The notes below the pieces were generated by a model. That model worked only from the letters and a program-made list of their open reading frames with translations. It was not told the origin of the DNA and searched no databases. Shown here in pieces: positions 17,973 through 29,309 of a stretch of DNA of 49,145 nucleotides; within the stretch, counting starts at the first letter, position 1; each line of letters opens with the position of its first letter. The position numbers and the translations under genes were made by a program. Source of the DNA: Clostridia bacterium (lineage in GTDB: Bacteria; Bacillota; Clostridia; Oscillospirales; CAG-382); assembly GCA_017549405.1 (NCBI GenBank), contig JAFYUY010000027.1, positions 1 to 49,145 on the forward strand. The letters run 5' to 3'.

Positions 17973-18367
17973 AAAAATAAAGAACATGGGAAAAGCTTAG
18001 TATCATAGTGCTTTTAATAACACTTTTCCACAAAACCCACAAGGGTTTCCCTCAAAACCCGAAATTTTCTTTGTGTGGGTGTTTATGGAAAAAACATCGG
18101 TTTTCCACAATTATTTTCCAAACTTTTTCGGAAAATAAAAAAGGCAAAAAGCCCTGTATACGTGGAAAAAAGGGGGGTTATTATGAGTTTCCCGCAAAAC
18201 CCGCAATAACTACTACTATATACTACTGACCTTTATATATTTATACACTATTATCTGCGGATATTTCCGAAAGAAATTTTCGGAATTTCCCGAAAGAAAA
18301 ATATCCCTTTTCACACTCATAGATCATAGACCACAAAAGCGCAGAAATTCTGAAAGGAAATACCAAA
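17973..18367. other. oriC: DnaA-box cluster, DnaA-trio-like repeats and AT-rich unwinding element in the dnaA-dnaN spacer
   Basis: TTTTCCACA at 18024-18032 and 18101-18109. Related boxes at 18084-18092 (rc TTTTCCATA), 18114-18122 (TTTTCCAAA) and 18161-18169 (rc TTTTCCACG). CTA x3 at 18210-18218 (bottom strand TAGTAGTAG) next to a GC cluster. AT-rich stretch at 18205-18255. Confidence 0.75.
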
Positions 18368-19498
18368 ATGAAATTTACGGCTGAAAAGAAATCACTTGAA
18401 AGATCCATTACCCCGGTCTCCCTTGGCGTTGCTCCCAAGAACACAGATCCTCTCCTCGAGGGCATATATATCGAAGCAAAAGACGGAATTATCACCATGT
18501 GTTCTTACGACCGCGAAAAGGGTATCAGAACTACCCTTGAAGCAGATGTGGTACGTGAGGGAAAGATAGTGGTCGATGCACAGAAGACCTCCGCCATAAT
18601 TCATTCACTTCCCGACGGACCCGTAACCGTTGAAGCCGACGAAAACCTTATTCTGCGTATTATCACAGACGAAGCCGATTTCCAGATATCCGGCAAGGAT
18701 GCCACAAACTATCCCGGACTTCCCGATGTTCACGGCGACCTTGACTACACTCTGCAGCAGAATAAATTGCGCGCCATGATAAACAAGACTCTTTTTGCGG
18801 TATCGCAGGATGATTCAAAACCCATATACACAGGCTCGCTCTTTGAAATAAAGGGTAATTCCATGAGAATAACCGCCCTTGACGGTTTCAGAGTTTCCAT
18901 GCGATGTGACGAAGGTCTTACCGAAAGAGATGACCTTGATCTTCGCTTTATAATGCCGGGCAAAGCTCAGAACGACCTTCTGCGCTTAACCTCCGACAGT
19001 GAAAGACCTATTTCCGTTAACATGGCAAGAAAGCATATCATATTTACTTTCGATAATATCTACTTCATAACCCGACTTCTTGACGGTGAATTCCTTGATT
19101 ACAAAAAGAAGATACCCCCTCAGCGTGAAGTTTCCGCAAGAATGAACACCGCAAGATTTATAGACAGTATAGAGCGTGCCGCACTCATTATCGACGAGCG
19201 CATAAAAAGCTCCATCAAGCTCAATTTTGACGGAGGCGTTCTCAATATCAGCGTTGCGACCATGCTTGGAAAATTCAAGGACGAATTTACCTATGAAGAC
19301 CCGCAGAACGGCATTCTTGAAATAGGCTTTAATCACAAAATACTTCTTGATGCCCTGCGTGCGGTAAACGAAGAATATATAAATGTTACTCTTTCGCACA
19401 ATCTCAGTCCCATGATAATCACTCCCGATGAAAAGTCCGAGGGCGATCCCGAAAGATTCCTTTACATGATACTTCCCGTAAGACTTGAAAATTCATAA
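18368..19498 (+). CDS. dnaN: DNA polymerase III beta sliding clamp
   Basis: 376 aa in the canonical position after dnaA. MKFTAEKKSL...IITMCSYD...; three-domain length. Confidence 0.97.
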   Translation: MKFTAEKKSLERSITPVSLGVAPKNTDPLLEGIYIEAKDGIITMCSYDREKGIRTTLEADVVREGKIVVDAQKTSAIIHSLPDGPVTVEADENLILRIITDEADFQISGKDATNYPGLPDVHGDLDYTLQQNKLRAMINKTLFAVSQDDSKPIYTGSLFEIKGNSMRITALDGFRVSMRCDEGLTERDDLDLRFIMPGKAQNDLLRLTSDSERPISVNMARKHIIFTFDNIYFITRLLDGEFLDYKKKIPPQREVSARMNTARFIDSIERAALIIDERIKSSIKLNFDGGVLNISVATMLGKFKDEFTYEDPQNGILEIGFNHKILLDALRAVNEEYINVTLSHNLSPMIITPDEKSEGDPERFLYMILPVRLENS

Positions 19499-20689
19499 AT
19501 GAAAGTTCTTAAGCTCAAAGCTTCACGATACAGAAATATAGAAAATGCCGAAATAGAATTTTCCGACGGAGTAAATCTGCTCTACGGAAAAAACGGTGCG
19601 GGCAAAACAAATGCTCTTGAGGCGGTCTACCTTTTTGCCATATGTAAAAGCTTCCGCACGGGAAAAGAAAGCGATTTCATAATGCACGGCAGTGAAAATG
19701 CCGAAATTTCCCTTTCCTTTACCGATAGCTTTTGCAAAAATTCCGAAAACAAGAACATGGGTCTTGAATTTTTGAAAAACGGCAAAAAGAAAATGCTTTA
19801 TGAGGGCGTGGAGATCCCGAAGATTTCAGAATTTGTGGGAAGATTCCGTGCCGTATTCTTCACTCCCGACCATTTATCGCTGATAAAAGGCGCACCCGAT
19901 GAGCGCAGACGTTTTGCCGATATGGCTCTTTCTCAGATAAAGCCGTCGTATATAAAGTGCCTTAATGAATACTACCGTATCCTTTCTCAGCGGAACAGTC
20001 TTTTAAAAAAGGCAAAGCTTGGCGAAAAGACGGATAAAGACCTTCTTTATGTATACTCCGAGGCTCTTTCGCAAAGTGCCGCGGTAATAACAAAGCAAAG
20101 AGCATATTTTTCCGAATATCTTGAAAAAGAGGCGGAAAGATTTTACAGAGAGATCTCGGGCGGCAACGAAAATCTCTTTATACGATATATCTCCTCGGAA
20201 AAAGACGAACCGAAGGATACCGAAAAAACAAAAAATAAATATCTTTCGCTGTATACCTCAAATATCGAATCCGAAATAAGATACGGTGCCACAAAGTACG
20301 GACCGCACAAGGATGACCTTATGTTTTATATAGCAAAAAAGCGCGGAGATGCGGAAATATTAAAGGTCTGCGGCAATGAAGATGAAGAAAACGAAAATTC
20401 AAATCTTTACGCAGAATTTGCCGCAAGAACATTCGGCTCCCAGGGGCAGCAGCGAAGTGCCGTTTTATCGTTAAAGCTTGCCGAAGGTGAAATCATCCGC
20501 TCCCTTTGCGGTGAATATCCGGTATATCTTTTCGATGATGTGTTGTCGGAGCTTGATAATCAAAGAAAATATCAGCTTATGTCGCTCTTTTCCGATAAGC
20601 AGGTGGTAATTACCTGCTGCGACGAAAATGCCTTTGATAAAAGCCTTACTCAAAAAAGGATTTTTGTTGATAACGGCAGCTACTCATAA
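19499..20689 (+). CDS. recF: DNA replication and repair protein RecF
   Basis: Walker A GKNGAGKTNALEA, signature FGSQGQQRS, Walker B YLFDDVLSELD. The ATG directly abuts the dnaN stop. Confidence 0.95.
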   Translation: MKVLKLKASRYRNIENAEIEFSDGVNLLYGKNGAGKTNALEAVYLFAICKSFRTGKESDFIMHGSENAEISLSFTDSFCKNSENKNMGLEFLKNGKKKMLYEGVEIPKISEFVGRFRAVFFTPDHLSLIKGAPDERRRFADMALSQIKPSYIKCLNEYYRILSQRNSLLKKAKLGEKTDKDLLYVYSEALSQSAAVITKQRAYFSEYLEKEAERFYREISGGNENLFIRYISSEKDEPKDTEKTKNKYLSLYTSNIESEIRYGATKYGPHKDDLMFYIAKKRGDAEILKVCGNEDEENENSNLYAEFAARTFGSQGQQRSAVLSLKLAEGEIIRSLCGEYPVYLFDDVLSELDNQRKYQLMSLFSDKQVVITCCDENAFDKSLTQKRIFVDNGSYS

Positions 20690-20699
20690 AGGTGTGTTT

Positions 20700-20774
20700 T
20701 TCGGCAACAAAGTCACCAAAAAACACGAATTTAATTTTTATTTTATGTTTTGCTATACTTTATCGACAGCCTGA
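20700..20774 (+). repeat. about 70-bp dispersed intergenic module, copy A (promoter-like, TGcTATACT)
   Basis: Aligns over about 70 nt with the reverse complement of 33365-33432: ttcggca..aaagtcacc.aaaa.cac.aatt...ttttattttat...tatactttatcga(c/g)ag. The core ACTTTATCGACAGnCTGAA recurs at 35044-35062. Confidence 0.7.
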
Positions 20775-20852
20775 AAGAAAGTTATTGAGCATTTTCAAAA
20801 AAAGCAATTATAAAAAATACAAATTCACAAATAAACAGTAAGGAAAGATCTC

Positions 20853-21140
20853 ATGTTTATAAACATAGGCTCAAACAAGCTTATTCGTAAAAAAAACATA
20901 GTGGGAATATTCGATCTCGACACGGCATCCCATGAAAAAGAAACGCGTGATTTTTTAAAGAATGCCGAAAAAAAGGGAACCGTCGAAATGATAGGCTCCG
21001 ACCTTCCAAAAGCCTTTATCGTGGCAAGCGGAACAGGTACGGAAAAGATCGGAAAGAAAAACAGTAAGAAAAAAAATATAGTATATTTAACCACCTTATC
21101 TTCATCCTCCCTTGCGGGACGTGCAAGACACAAGGAATAA
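20853..21140 (+). CDS. remB: DUF370 protein (RemB/YaaB family)
   Basis: MFINIGSNKLIRKKNIVGIFDLD and C-terminal VYLTTLSSSSLAGRA, in the conserved recF-remB-gyrB position. Confidence 0.85.
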   Translation: MFINIGSNKLIRKKNIVGIFDLDTASHEKETRDFLKNAEKKGTVEMIGSDLPKAFIVASGTGTEKIGKKNSKKKNIVYLTTLSSSSLAGRARHKE

Positions 21141-21151
21141 TAAAGCAGTAA

Positions 21152-23269
<2,118 letters not shown>

Positions 23270-23282
23270 GCGGATTCGGGAA

Positions 23283-23464
23283 GCTAATTGCACCTGCGGT
23301 GCGGCTAAATTGACCTTCGGTCAGCTAAATTGACCTTTGGTCAGCTAAATTGCACCTTCGGTGCAGCTAAATTAACCTTCGGTCAGCTAAATTTGCCTTC
23401 GGCAAGCTAAATTGACCTTTGGTCAGCTAAATTGACCTTCGGCAGATAAATGCACTTTGTGCAT
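23283..23464 (+). repeat. tandem array: invariant word GCTAAAT (7 exact plus 2 degenerate copies) alternating with 9 short palindromic hairpins
   Basis: GCTAAT-tgcaccTGCggtgcg, then GCTAAAT followed by tgaccTTCggtca, tgaccTTTggtca, tgcaccTTCggtgca, taaccTTCggtca, ttgccTTCggcaa, tgaccTTTggtca, tgaccTTCggca, then ATAAAT-gcacTTTgtgc. Uses the same word and hairpin alleles as the array at 11627-11875, on the opposite strand. Confidence 0.9.
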
Positions 23465-23528
23465 TCTGGCGAAAAAAGGTATTAAATTAAAAATCAATTA
23501 TGTTTTTTCATAAAGGAGAACAAAAAAC

Positions 23529-26141
23529 ATGAAATGGACAGGATTAAACGAACTGCGTGAAAGCTATCTTTCGTTTTTTGAAAGCAAGGGACATTTAAGA
23601 CTTCCCAGCTTTTCGCTCATTCCTCAGAACGACAACTCTCTTCTTCTCATAAACTCGGGCATGGCTCCTATGAAGCCCTATTTCCAGGGCACAAAAGAAC
23701 CGCCCAGAAGAAGAGTTACCACTTGTCAGAAGTGCATCAGAACCCCCGACCTTGACAATGTCGGAAAAACTGCACGCCACGGCACATATTTTGAAATGCT
23801 TGGCAACTTCTCTTTCGGAGATTACTTCAAGACAGAGGCAATAGAATGGTCCTGGGAATTCCTCACAAAGACCCTTGAAATACCCGAAGAGCTTCTCTGG
23901 CCGTCGGTTTACGAAAACGATGACGAAGCATATGCACTCTGGCAGAAATATGTTCCAAAAGAGCGCATAGTAAAGCTCGGCAAGGCAGATAACTTCTGGG
24001 AGCACGGCAGCGGTCCCTGCGGTCCCTGCTCCGAAATATACTTTGACCGTGGCGAAAAATACGGCTGCGGCAGCCCCGATTGCCGCCCCGGCTGTGAGTG
24101 CGACAGATACATGGAGATATGGAACAACGTATTCTCCCAGTTTGATAATGACGGTAAGGGCAACTATACAGAGCTCGTTCAGAAAAACATAGATACCGGT
24201 ATGGGTCTTGAACGTCTTGCCTGCGTAATGCAGGGGGTTGACAACCTTTTTGAGGTCGATACCGTAAGAAAGATACTTGATACCGTTTGCGGTCTTTGCG
24301 GCAAAAAATACGGTGATAATTACGATAACGATGTTTCCATCCGCATAATCACCGACCACATCCGTTCCACCACATTTATGATATGCGACGGTGTTATGCC
24401 GTCCAACGAAGGCAGAGGCTACGTTCTCCGCAGAATTCTCCGCCGTGCCGCACGTCACGGAAGACTCCTTGGAATTTCGGGAGCATTCCTTGCCGATCTT
24501 TCCTCACTTGTTATTTCTCAGAACGAGGGCGCATATCCCGAGCTTTCAACAAAGAAGGACTATATCCGCAAGGTTATATCCATCGAAGAAGAACGCTTTG
24601 ATGCAACGATAGATACAGGTCTTTCTCTGCTTTCAAAGATGATAGAAGACCTTACCTCAGCCGGAAAAAATGTGATTTCCGGCGAAGATGCCTTCAAGCT
24701 TTACGATACATACGGATTCCCCATCGACCTCACAAAGGAAATTATCGGTGAAAAGGGCTTTACCGTTGATGAAGAAAGATTCAAAGAGCTTATGACCGAG
24801 CAGAAAGTTCGTGCGCGTGAGAATCGCAAGGCGGGCGGCGGCTGGTCCAAGGATGGCGTTGACCTCTTTGAAAACTGCGAGCAGACAAACTTTACGGGAT
24901 ATGCCGAAAACACTACCTGCGATGCAAAGATAATTGCCATTGCAGCGGGTGAGATGCTTGTGGACGAGGTTTCCGACGGTGAGTGTGTTATCCTTCTCGA
25001 TAAAACTCCCTTCTATGGTGAAGGCGGCGGTCAGGTGGGCGACACGGGAACATTTAAAGCAGACGGCTTTACCGCAGAAGTAGTTGACACCAAAAAGGCA
25101 AACGGAAGATATATGCACATTTGTAATGTAACCTCCGGCTGTGCAAAGGTCGGCATGACAGTATGTGCTGCGGTAGATTCCGCAAAGCGTGAGGCAATAC
25201 GCCGTAACCACTCGGCAGTTCATCTTCTCCAGGCGGCACTCAGAAAGATACTCGGAGATCATGTTGAACAGGCAGGCTCATATGTTGATGCAGAGCGTTT
25301 CCGCTTTGACTTCTCTCACTTTGAACCCATGACAAAGGAACAGATAGAAAAGACCGAAGCCCTTGTTAACGCAAAGATCCTTGAGGGACTTGATGTTACC
25401 ACCCTTGAAACAGATATTGAAACTGCAAAGGGCATGGGTGCCATGGCTCTCTTCGGAGAAAAATACGGAAATACCGTTCGTGTTGTTAAAATGGGCGATT
25501 TCTCCACCGAGCTTTGCGGCGGTATCCACATGACAAATACTGCAAAGGCAGGTCTTTGCAAGATACTTTACGAAAGCTCCGTTGCGGCGGGTGTTCGCCG
25601 TATTGAGGGCATCACGGGTGAAAATGTACTCAACTATATTTACGAAAATCTCTCCGTAATGCATGAAACCGCAAAGAACCTCAAGGCTCAGAACATTTCC
25701 GATATTGCCGAAAAGGCAGCGTCTGTTTCGGGCGAGGTAAAGGAATTAAAGAGTAAGATAGAAGAGCTTTCCGCAGAAATTGCAAAGTCAAAGACAAAAG
25801 ATCTTTCCGAAAAGGCAGAAAAGATCGGAGAATTTAACTTTGTTTCCGCACGCCTTGACGGTATGAGCGGTGATGAACTCCGTGCGGCAGGCGATATCCT
25901 TAAGGATTCCGATGAAAACATCGTTGCAATACTCGGTGCCGTTACCGACGGAAAAGTAACACTTCTTGCGGTGTGCGGTAAAAATGCCGTTAAGAACGGT
26001 GCCCACGCAGGAAAGATAGTTAAAGCAGCAGCGGCAGTTGTTGGCGGAGGCGGTGGCGGAAGACCCGACAGCGCTCAGGCGGGCGGTAAGGATCCTTCAA
26101 AGCTTGACGAAGCACTCTCTGCTGCAAAAGCGGCTCTTTAA
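23529..26141 (+). CDS. alaS: alanine--tRNA ligase
   Basis: 870 aa. FFESKGH, HGTYFEMLGNFSFGDYFK, editing-domain HSAVHLL and CGGIH, and C-terminal DHHA1-like GGGGGGRPDSAQAGG. Confidence 0.98.
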   Translation: MKWTGLNELRESYLSFFESKGHLRLPSFSLIPQNDNSLLLINSGMAPMKPYFQGTKEPPRRRVTTCQKCIRTPDLDNVGKTARHGTYFEMLGNFSFGDYFKTEAIEWSWEFLTKTLEIPEELLWPSVYENDDEAYALWQKYVPKERIVKLGKADNFWEHGSGPCGPCSEIYFDRGEKYGCGSPDCRPGCECDRYMEIWNNVFSQFDNDGKGNYTELVQKNIDTGMGLERLACVMQGVDNLFEVDTVRKILDTVCGLCGKKYGDNYDNDVSIRIITDHIRSTTFMICDGVMPSNEGRGYVLRRILRRAARHGRLLGISGAFLADLSSLVISQNEGAYPELSTKKDYIRKVISIEEERFDATIDTGLSLLSKMIEDLTSAGKNVISGEDAFKLYDTYGFPIDLTKEIIGEKGFTVDEERFKELMTEQKVRARENRKAGGGWSKDGVDLFENCEQTNFTGYAENTTCDAKIIAIAAGEMLVDEVSDGECVILLDKTPFYGEGGGQVGDTGTFKADGFTAEVVDTKKANGRYMHICNVTSGCAKVGMTVCAAVDSAKREAIRRNHSAVHLLQAALRKILGDHVEQAGSYVDAERFRFDFSHFEPMTKEQIEKTEALVNAKILEGLDVTTLETDIETAKGMGAMALFGEKYGNTVRVVKMGDFSTELCGGIHMTNTAKAGLCKILYESSVAAGVRRIEGITGENVLNYIYENLSVMHETAKNLKAQNISDIAEKAASVSGEVKELKSKIEELSAEIAKSKTKDLSEKAEKIGEFNFVSARLDGMSGDELRAAGDILKDSDENIVAILGAVTDGKVTLLAVCGKNAVKNGAHAGKIVKAAAAVVGGGGGGRPDSAQAGGKDPSKLDEALSAAKAAL

Positions 26142-26203
26142 ATAAAAAATGCAGGAATCACAATTCGTTACAAATTGGAATTTATTTGCGGAATATTTAT
26201 GAA

Positions 26204-26287
26204 TGGCGGGTCGATGCCCACATCGATCCCTCCAACAATTTTAATTTATGTATTTTAATCGTAGGGGCGATTCACGAATCGCCCGCA
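26204..26287. repeat. pair of inverted GTAG-type REP-like hairpins (BIME-like)
   Basis: Plus strand 26261-26287: GTAGGGGCGATTCACGAATCGCCCGCA. Minus strand of 26204-26233: GGAGGGATCGATGTGGGCATCGACCCGCCA. Shared frame is G(T/G)AGGG-stem-loop-stem-CCCGC. Confidence 0.55.
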
Positions 26288-26346
26288 TGCCCAAGGCACG
26301 CGCAAGCGGTTGATGAGGTGTTTAAGGAATAAGAAAGGAGAAAAAT

Positions 26347-26685
26347 ATGGACTGCATTTTCTGTAAAATAATCGCGGGAGAGATCCCCTCATCCAAAGTT
26401 TACGAGGATGAAAAAATACTCGCATTCAACGATATCAATCCCATGGCGCCCGTTCATGTTTTGGTGATACCAAAAATCCATATTCCTTCATGCGACGGAA
26501 TCAATGAAGAAAATTCATGCTTTGTTAAGCACATTTTCGAAAAAATTCCCGAGATCGCAAAGACTGCGGGCATCACAAACGGATACCGTGTTATAACAAA
26601 TTGCGGTGAGGATGCAAAGCAGTCGGTAAAGCATCTGCATTTCCACATTTTAGGCGGTAGATCTTTGCCCGAAAACATGGGTTGA
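26347..26685 (+). CDS. HIT family (histidine triad) nucleotide hydrolase
   Basis: CIFCKII...HLHFHILGG histidine triad. 112 aa. SD aaaggag. Confidence 0.93.
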   Translation: MDCIFCKIIAGEIPSSKVYEDEKILAFNDINPMAPVHVLVIPKIHIPSCDGINEENSCFVKHIFEKIPEIAKTAGITNGYRVITNCGEDAKQSVKHLHFHILGGRSLPENMG

Positions 26686-26833
26686 AAATTAAAGCGTCTG
26701 ATTTTTAAAAGAAGCGCTTGCTTTATGCATTATCTTAAAGATTTGTTCTGACCGTAGAGCACGTTTGCCCTGCGGTCAGCTGATTTGCATTGATACAGAA
26801 TATTTTAAGATTAAAGGTCGGAGGACTTTTATT

Positions 26834-27379
26834 ATGGCACGTGAATATTACACTATTAATGTTGCGGGTCTTACCCGTGACCTTCCCATTTGTCCCGTAA
26901 GCGATACACTTTCCATTGCGGGTTTTGTTATTTTCGGAGATTACGAACTCACAGAAGCGTGTGCGCGCGAGCTTATAAAAAAGATACCCGAGCACGATTA
27001 TATAATCACCGCCGAAGCAAAGGGAATTCCGCTTGCCCACGAAATGGCACGTCAGCTTGGCGAAAAGAAGCATTTTGTTGCCCGCAAGAACATAAAGGTC
27101 TATATGGTAGATCCCATTGCCGTTGAAGTGCGTTCTATCACAACTCAGAAGCAGCAGACCCTTTATATCGACGGTGCGGACGCAGAACTTATGCGCGGAA
27201 AGCGTGTGCTTATCGTTGATGATGTTATAAGCACGGGCGAATCCCTTGCCGCTGTGGAAAAGCTTGTGACGGAAGCGGGCGGAATCATTGCCGGTAAAGC
27301 TTGCATTCTTGCTGAGGGCGATGCTGCAAAGCGCAATGATATAGTGTTCCTCGAAGAATTGCCCCTTTTCTTTAAATAA
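26834..27379 (+). CDS. type I phosphoribosyltransferase family protein (adenine/xanthine PRT-like)
   Basis: ATG at 26834 after ggagga. PRPP-binding loop VLIVDDVISTGESL. Confidence 0.75.
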   Translation: MAREYYTINVAGLTRDLPICPVSDTLSIAGFVIFGDYELTEACARELIKKIPEHDYIITAEAKGIPLAHEMARQLGEKKHFVARKNIKVYMVDPIAVEVRSITTQKQQTLYIDGADAELMRGKRVLIVDDVISTGESLAAVEKLVTEAGGIIAGKACILAEGDAAKRNDIVFLEELPLFFK

Positions 27380-27384
27380 GATAA

Positions 27385-28512
27385 ATGGCAGGAAATTTTT
27401 ATCCCGGAAGGAAAGCACCTGCGGATAATGCCGCCTTTGAGGAACTAAAGGCGCGCATAAAGGAAAAAAATATCTCAGGTGTCTATATCTTCCGGGGAGA
27501 AGAAGAATATATGAAGCGGTTTTATTTTTCTGAGCTTACAAAAGGCTCGGGAGATACCGCAACAAATGTGAATGTTATAGACGACGAGGATTTTTGTGCC
27601 GAAACATTTCTCGATGCAGTAAATACCGCACCGTCTATTGATTATTCCGACAGTTTTTTTGACGACGAGCCCCAAAGTGCACCGTCTGTGCGTATTGTCA
27701 AGGCAGTATGTCCTGCCGTCGGAAAGCTTTCCGAGCGTGAAAAACAGGCTCTTTTTGAACTGTGCGAATTTTTGCCGCAGGGTGTGTGTGTGGTATTTTA
27801 TTTCCACCATGCGGAAGAAACTCGCCGTGTTAAGGAATACGAAAAAAGCACAAAGATACTTTCGGAAATACATGGGATCCTTGATGTTGATTTCAGACGT
27901 GAGGCTCCCACAAGTCCCCTACTTAAAAAATGGGTAAAACGGCATTTTGATGCTAAAAAATGCGCCATAGACTCTGCGGGTGTGGAATATCTCATAAATG
28001 CCGTGGGTAACGATATGAGCACCCTTGCTTATGAGATAGAAAAGCTGTGTACTTATATCAGCTCCCGTTCTGAAAAGACGGTCTATAATGCGGATATAGA
28101 TTATGTTTGCATACGCAACACCGAAGCGCGCCTTGACGATATATCCCGAGGGGCGCTGACAAAAGACTATAAAAAGGCAATAGCCGCACTTTGCACTTTG
28201 GCATCGGAAAAGGTGCCTGAAACCTACATTTTCGGTGCGGTATCCAATAAAGTTTCCGAGCTTTGCACCGTGGAGTATTACAGAGCATCGGGATATTCTC
28301 CCGCCGATATTTCAAAAAGGGCAGGGATCCGTGATTTTGTTGTTAAAAACGATATAACTCTGCTCGATTCCATGGCACGTTCTTCCCGAAAGGGCGGGAG
28401 CGTCTGCGATAAATATATAAAGATCCTTGCGGAATATGACGTAAAGCTAAAAAGCTCTGCGGGAGATAAGTATCTGCTTTTGCAGAATATGATATTCAAA
28501 ATGTGTGTTTAA
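27385..28512 (+). CDS. holA: DNA polymerase III delta subunit
   Basis: VYIFRGEEEYMKR N-terminal pattern. The roughly 375-aa length and helical C-terminal region fit HolA. This is a weaker motif call. Confidence 0.65.
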   Translation: MAGNFYPGRKAPADNAAFEELKARIKEKNISGVYIFRGEEEYMKRFYFSELTKGSGDTATNVNVIDDEDFCAETFLDAVNTAPSIDYSDSFFDDEPQSAPSVRIVKAVCPAVGKLSEREKQALFELCEFLPQGVCVVFYFHHAEETRRVKEYEKSTKILSEIHGILDVDFRREAPTSPLLKKWVKRHFDAKKCAIDSAGVEYLINAVGNDMSTLAYEIEKLCTYISSRSEKTVYNADIDYVCIRNTEARLDDISRGALTKDYKKAIAALCTLASEKVPETYIFGAVSNKVSELCTVEYYRASGYSPADISKRAGIRDFVVKNDITLLDSMARSSRKGGSVCDKYIKILAEYDVKLKSSAGDKYLLLQNMIFKMCV

Positions 28513-28556
28513 GACTTTCATCAATAATTTGATATTAAAAAATCGGAGGTGCGGTC

Positions 28557-29309
28557 ATGAAATACGTAATACTAACCGGCATTTTTGCCGCACTTTCGGT
28601 GATCTTTGCGATATTTTCGCTTGTTTTATATAAAAAGCTCAAAAAAAACAGTCTTTTTTTGTCGACTGTTGCGCACGATATGCGAGCGCCCCTTGCCGCA
28701 ATTTGCGGTTTTGCGCAGCTTATTTTGGAAAGACCGCAGGACAGAGAGCTTCAGGAGAAAGCCCTTGCCGTAATTTCAATGGAATCGGAAAGACTTTCGA
28801 CAACGGCGTCCCGCCTTTGCCGGGGAAAAAAGCTTTCGGTAAATAAAAGCGTTTTCGGCATATGCGATATGCTGGCACGCCTTGAATTCATAATGCAAAA
28901 CGAAGCGGCACGGAAAAACACGGGAATTTCCGTAAAACTTGAGCTTCCCGATGATGAGATATATGTTCATGCTGATAGTGATGCGATATTTGAAGCGCTT
29001 TTTAATATTGCCAACAATGCCGTTAAATACTGCAAAGACGGCGGAACAGTTTTAATATTTGCCGAAAACTGCGAAGATCGTGCAAAAATTTTAATATTAA
29101 ATGATTCTTTGCCGCCGTCAGACGGAAAATTTGACGGCAAAAAGCTTTTTTCACCTCATTTCAGAGGAAAAAACACAAATAATATTTCGGGTTCCGGTCT
29201 TGGACTTTATGTTTCAAATGAAATAATAAAAGCCCACGGAAAAAAACTGAATGCAAGTTATTCAGACGGTGTTTTTGAAATGAGCTTTTATCTTGATATA
29301 ATAAAATAA
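28557..29309 (+). CDS. small membrane-anchored sensor histidine kinase with no adjacent response regulator
   Basis: One N-terminal TM helix, H-box STVAHDMRAPLAAICGF, N-box NIANNAVKY, G-box GSGLGLYVSNEII. Confidence 0.88.
   Translation: MKYVILTGIFAALSVIFAIFSLVLYKKLKKNSLFLSTVAHDMRAPLAAICGFAQLILERPQDRELQEKALAVISMESERLSTTASRLCRGKKLSVNKSVFGICDMLARLEFIMQNEAARKNTGISVKLELPDDEIYVHADSDAIFEALFNIANNAVKYCKDGGTVLIFAENCEDRAKILILNDSLPPSDGKFDGKKLFSPHFRGKNTNNISGSGLGLYVSNEIIKAHGKKLNASYSDGVFEMSFYLDIIK

Noticed and set aside
18008-18229. 73-aa ORF in the dnaA-dnaN spacer
   Set aside because: It lies across the DnaA-box cluster and DUE. It has no RBS and the region is better explained as oriC.
23465-23528. T-box leader upstream of alaS
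   Set aside because: Only about 65 nt remain between the array and the ATG. No specifier-loop architecture or conserved T-box sequence is visible.
26686-26833. Purine riboswitch upstream of the phosphoribosyltransferase gene
   Set aside because: No conserved purine-riboswitch core is present; there is only a weak hairpin (ctgaccg...cggtcag).
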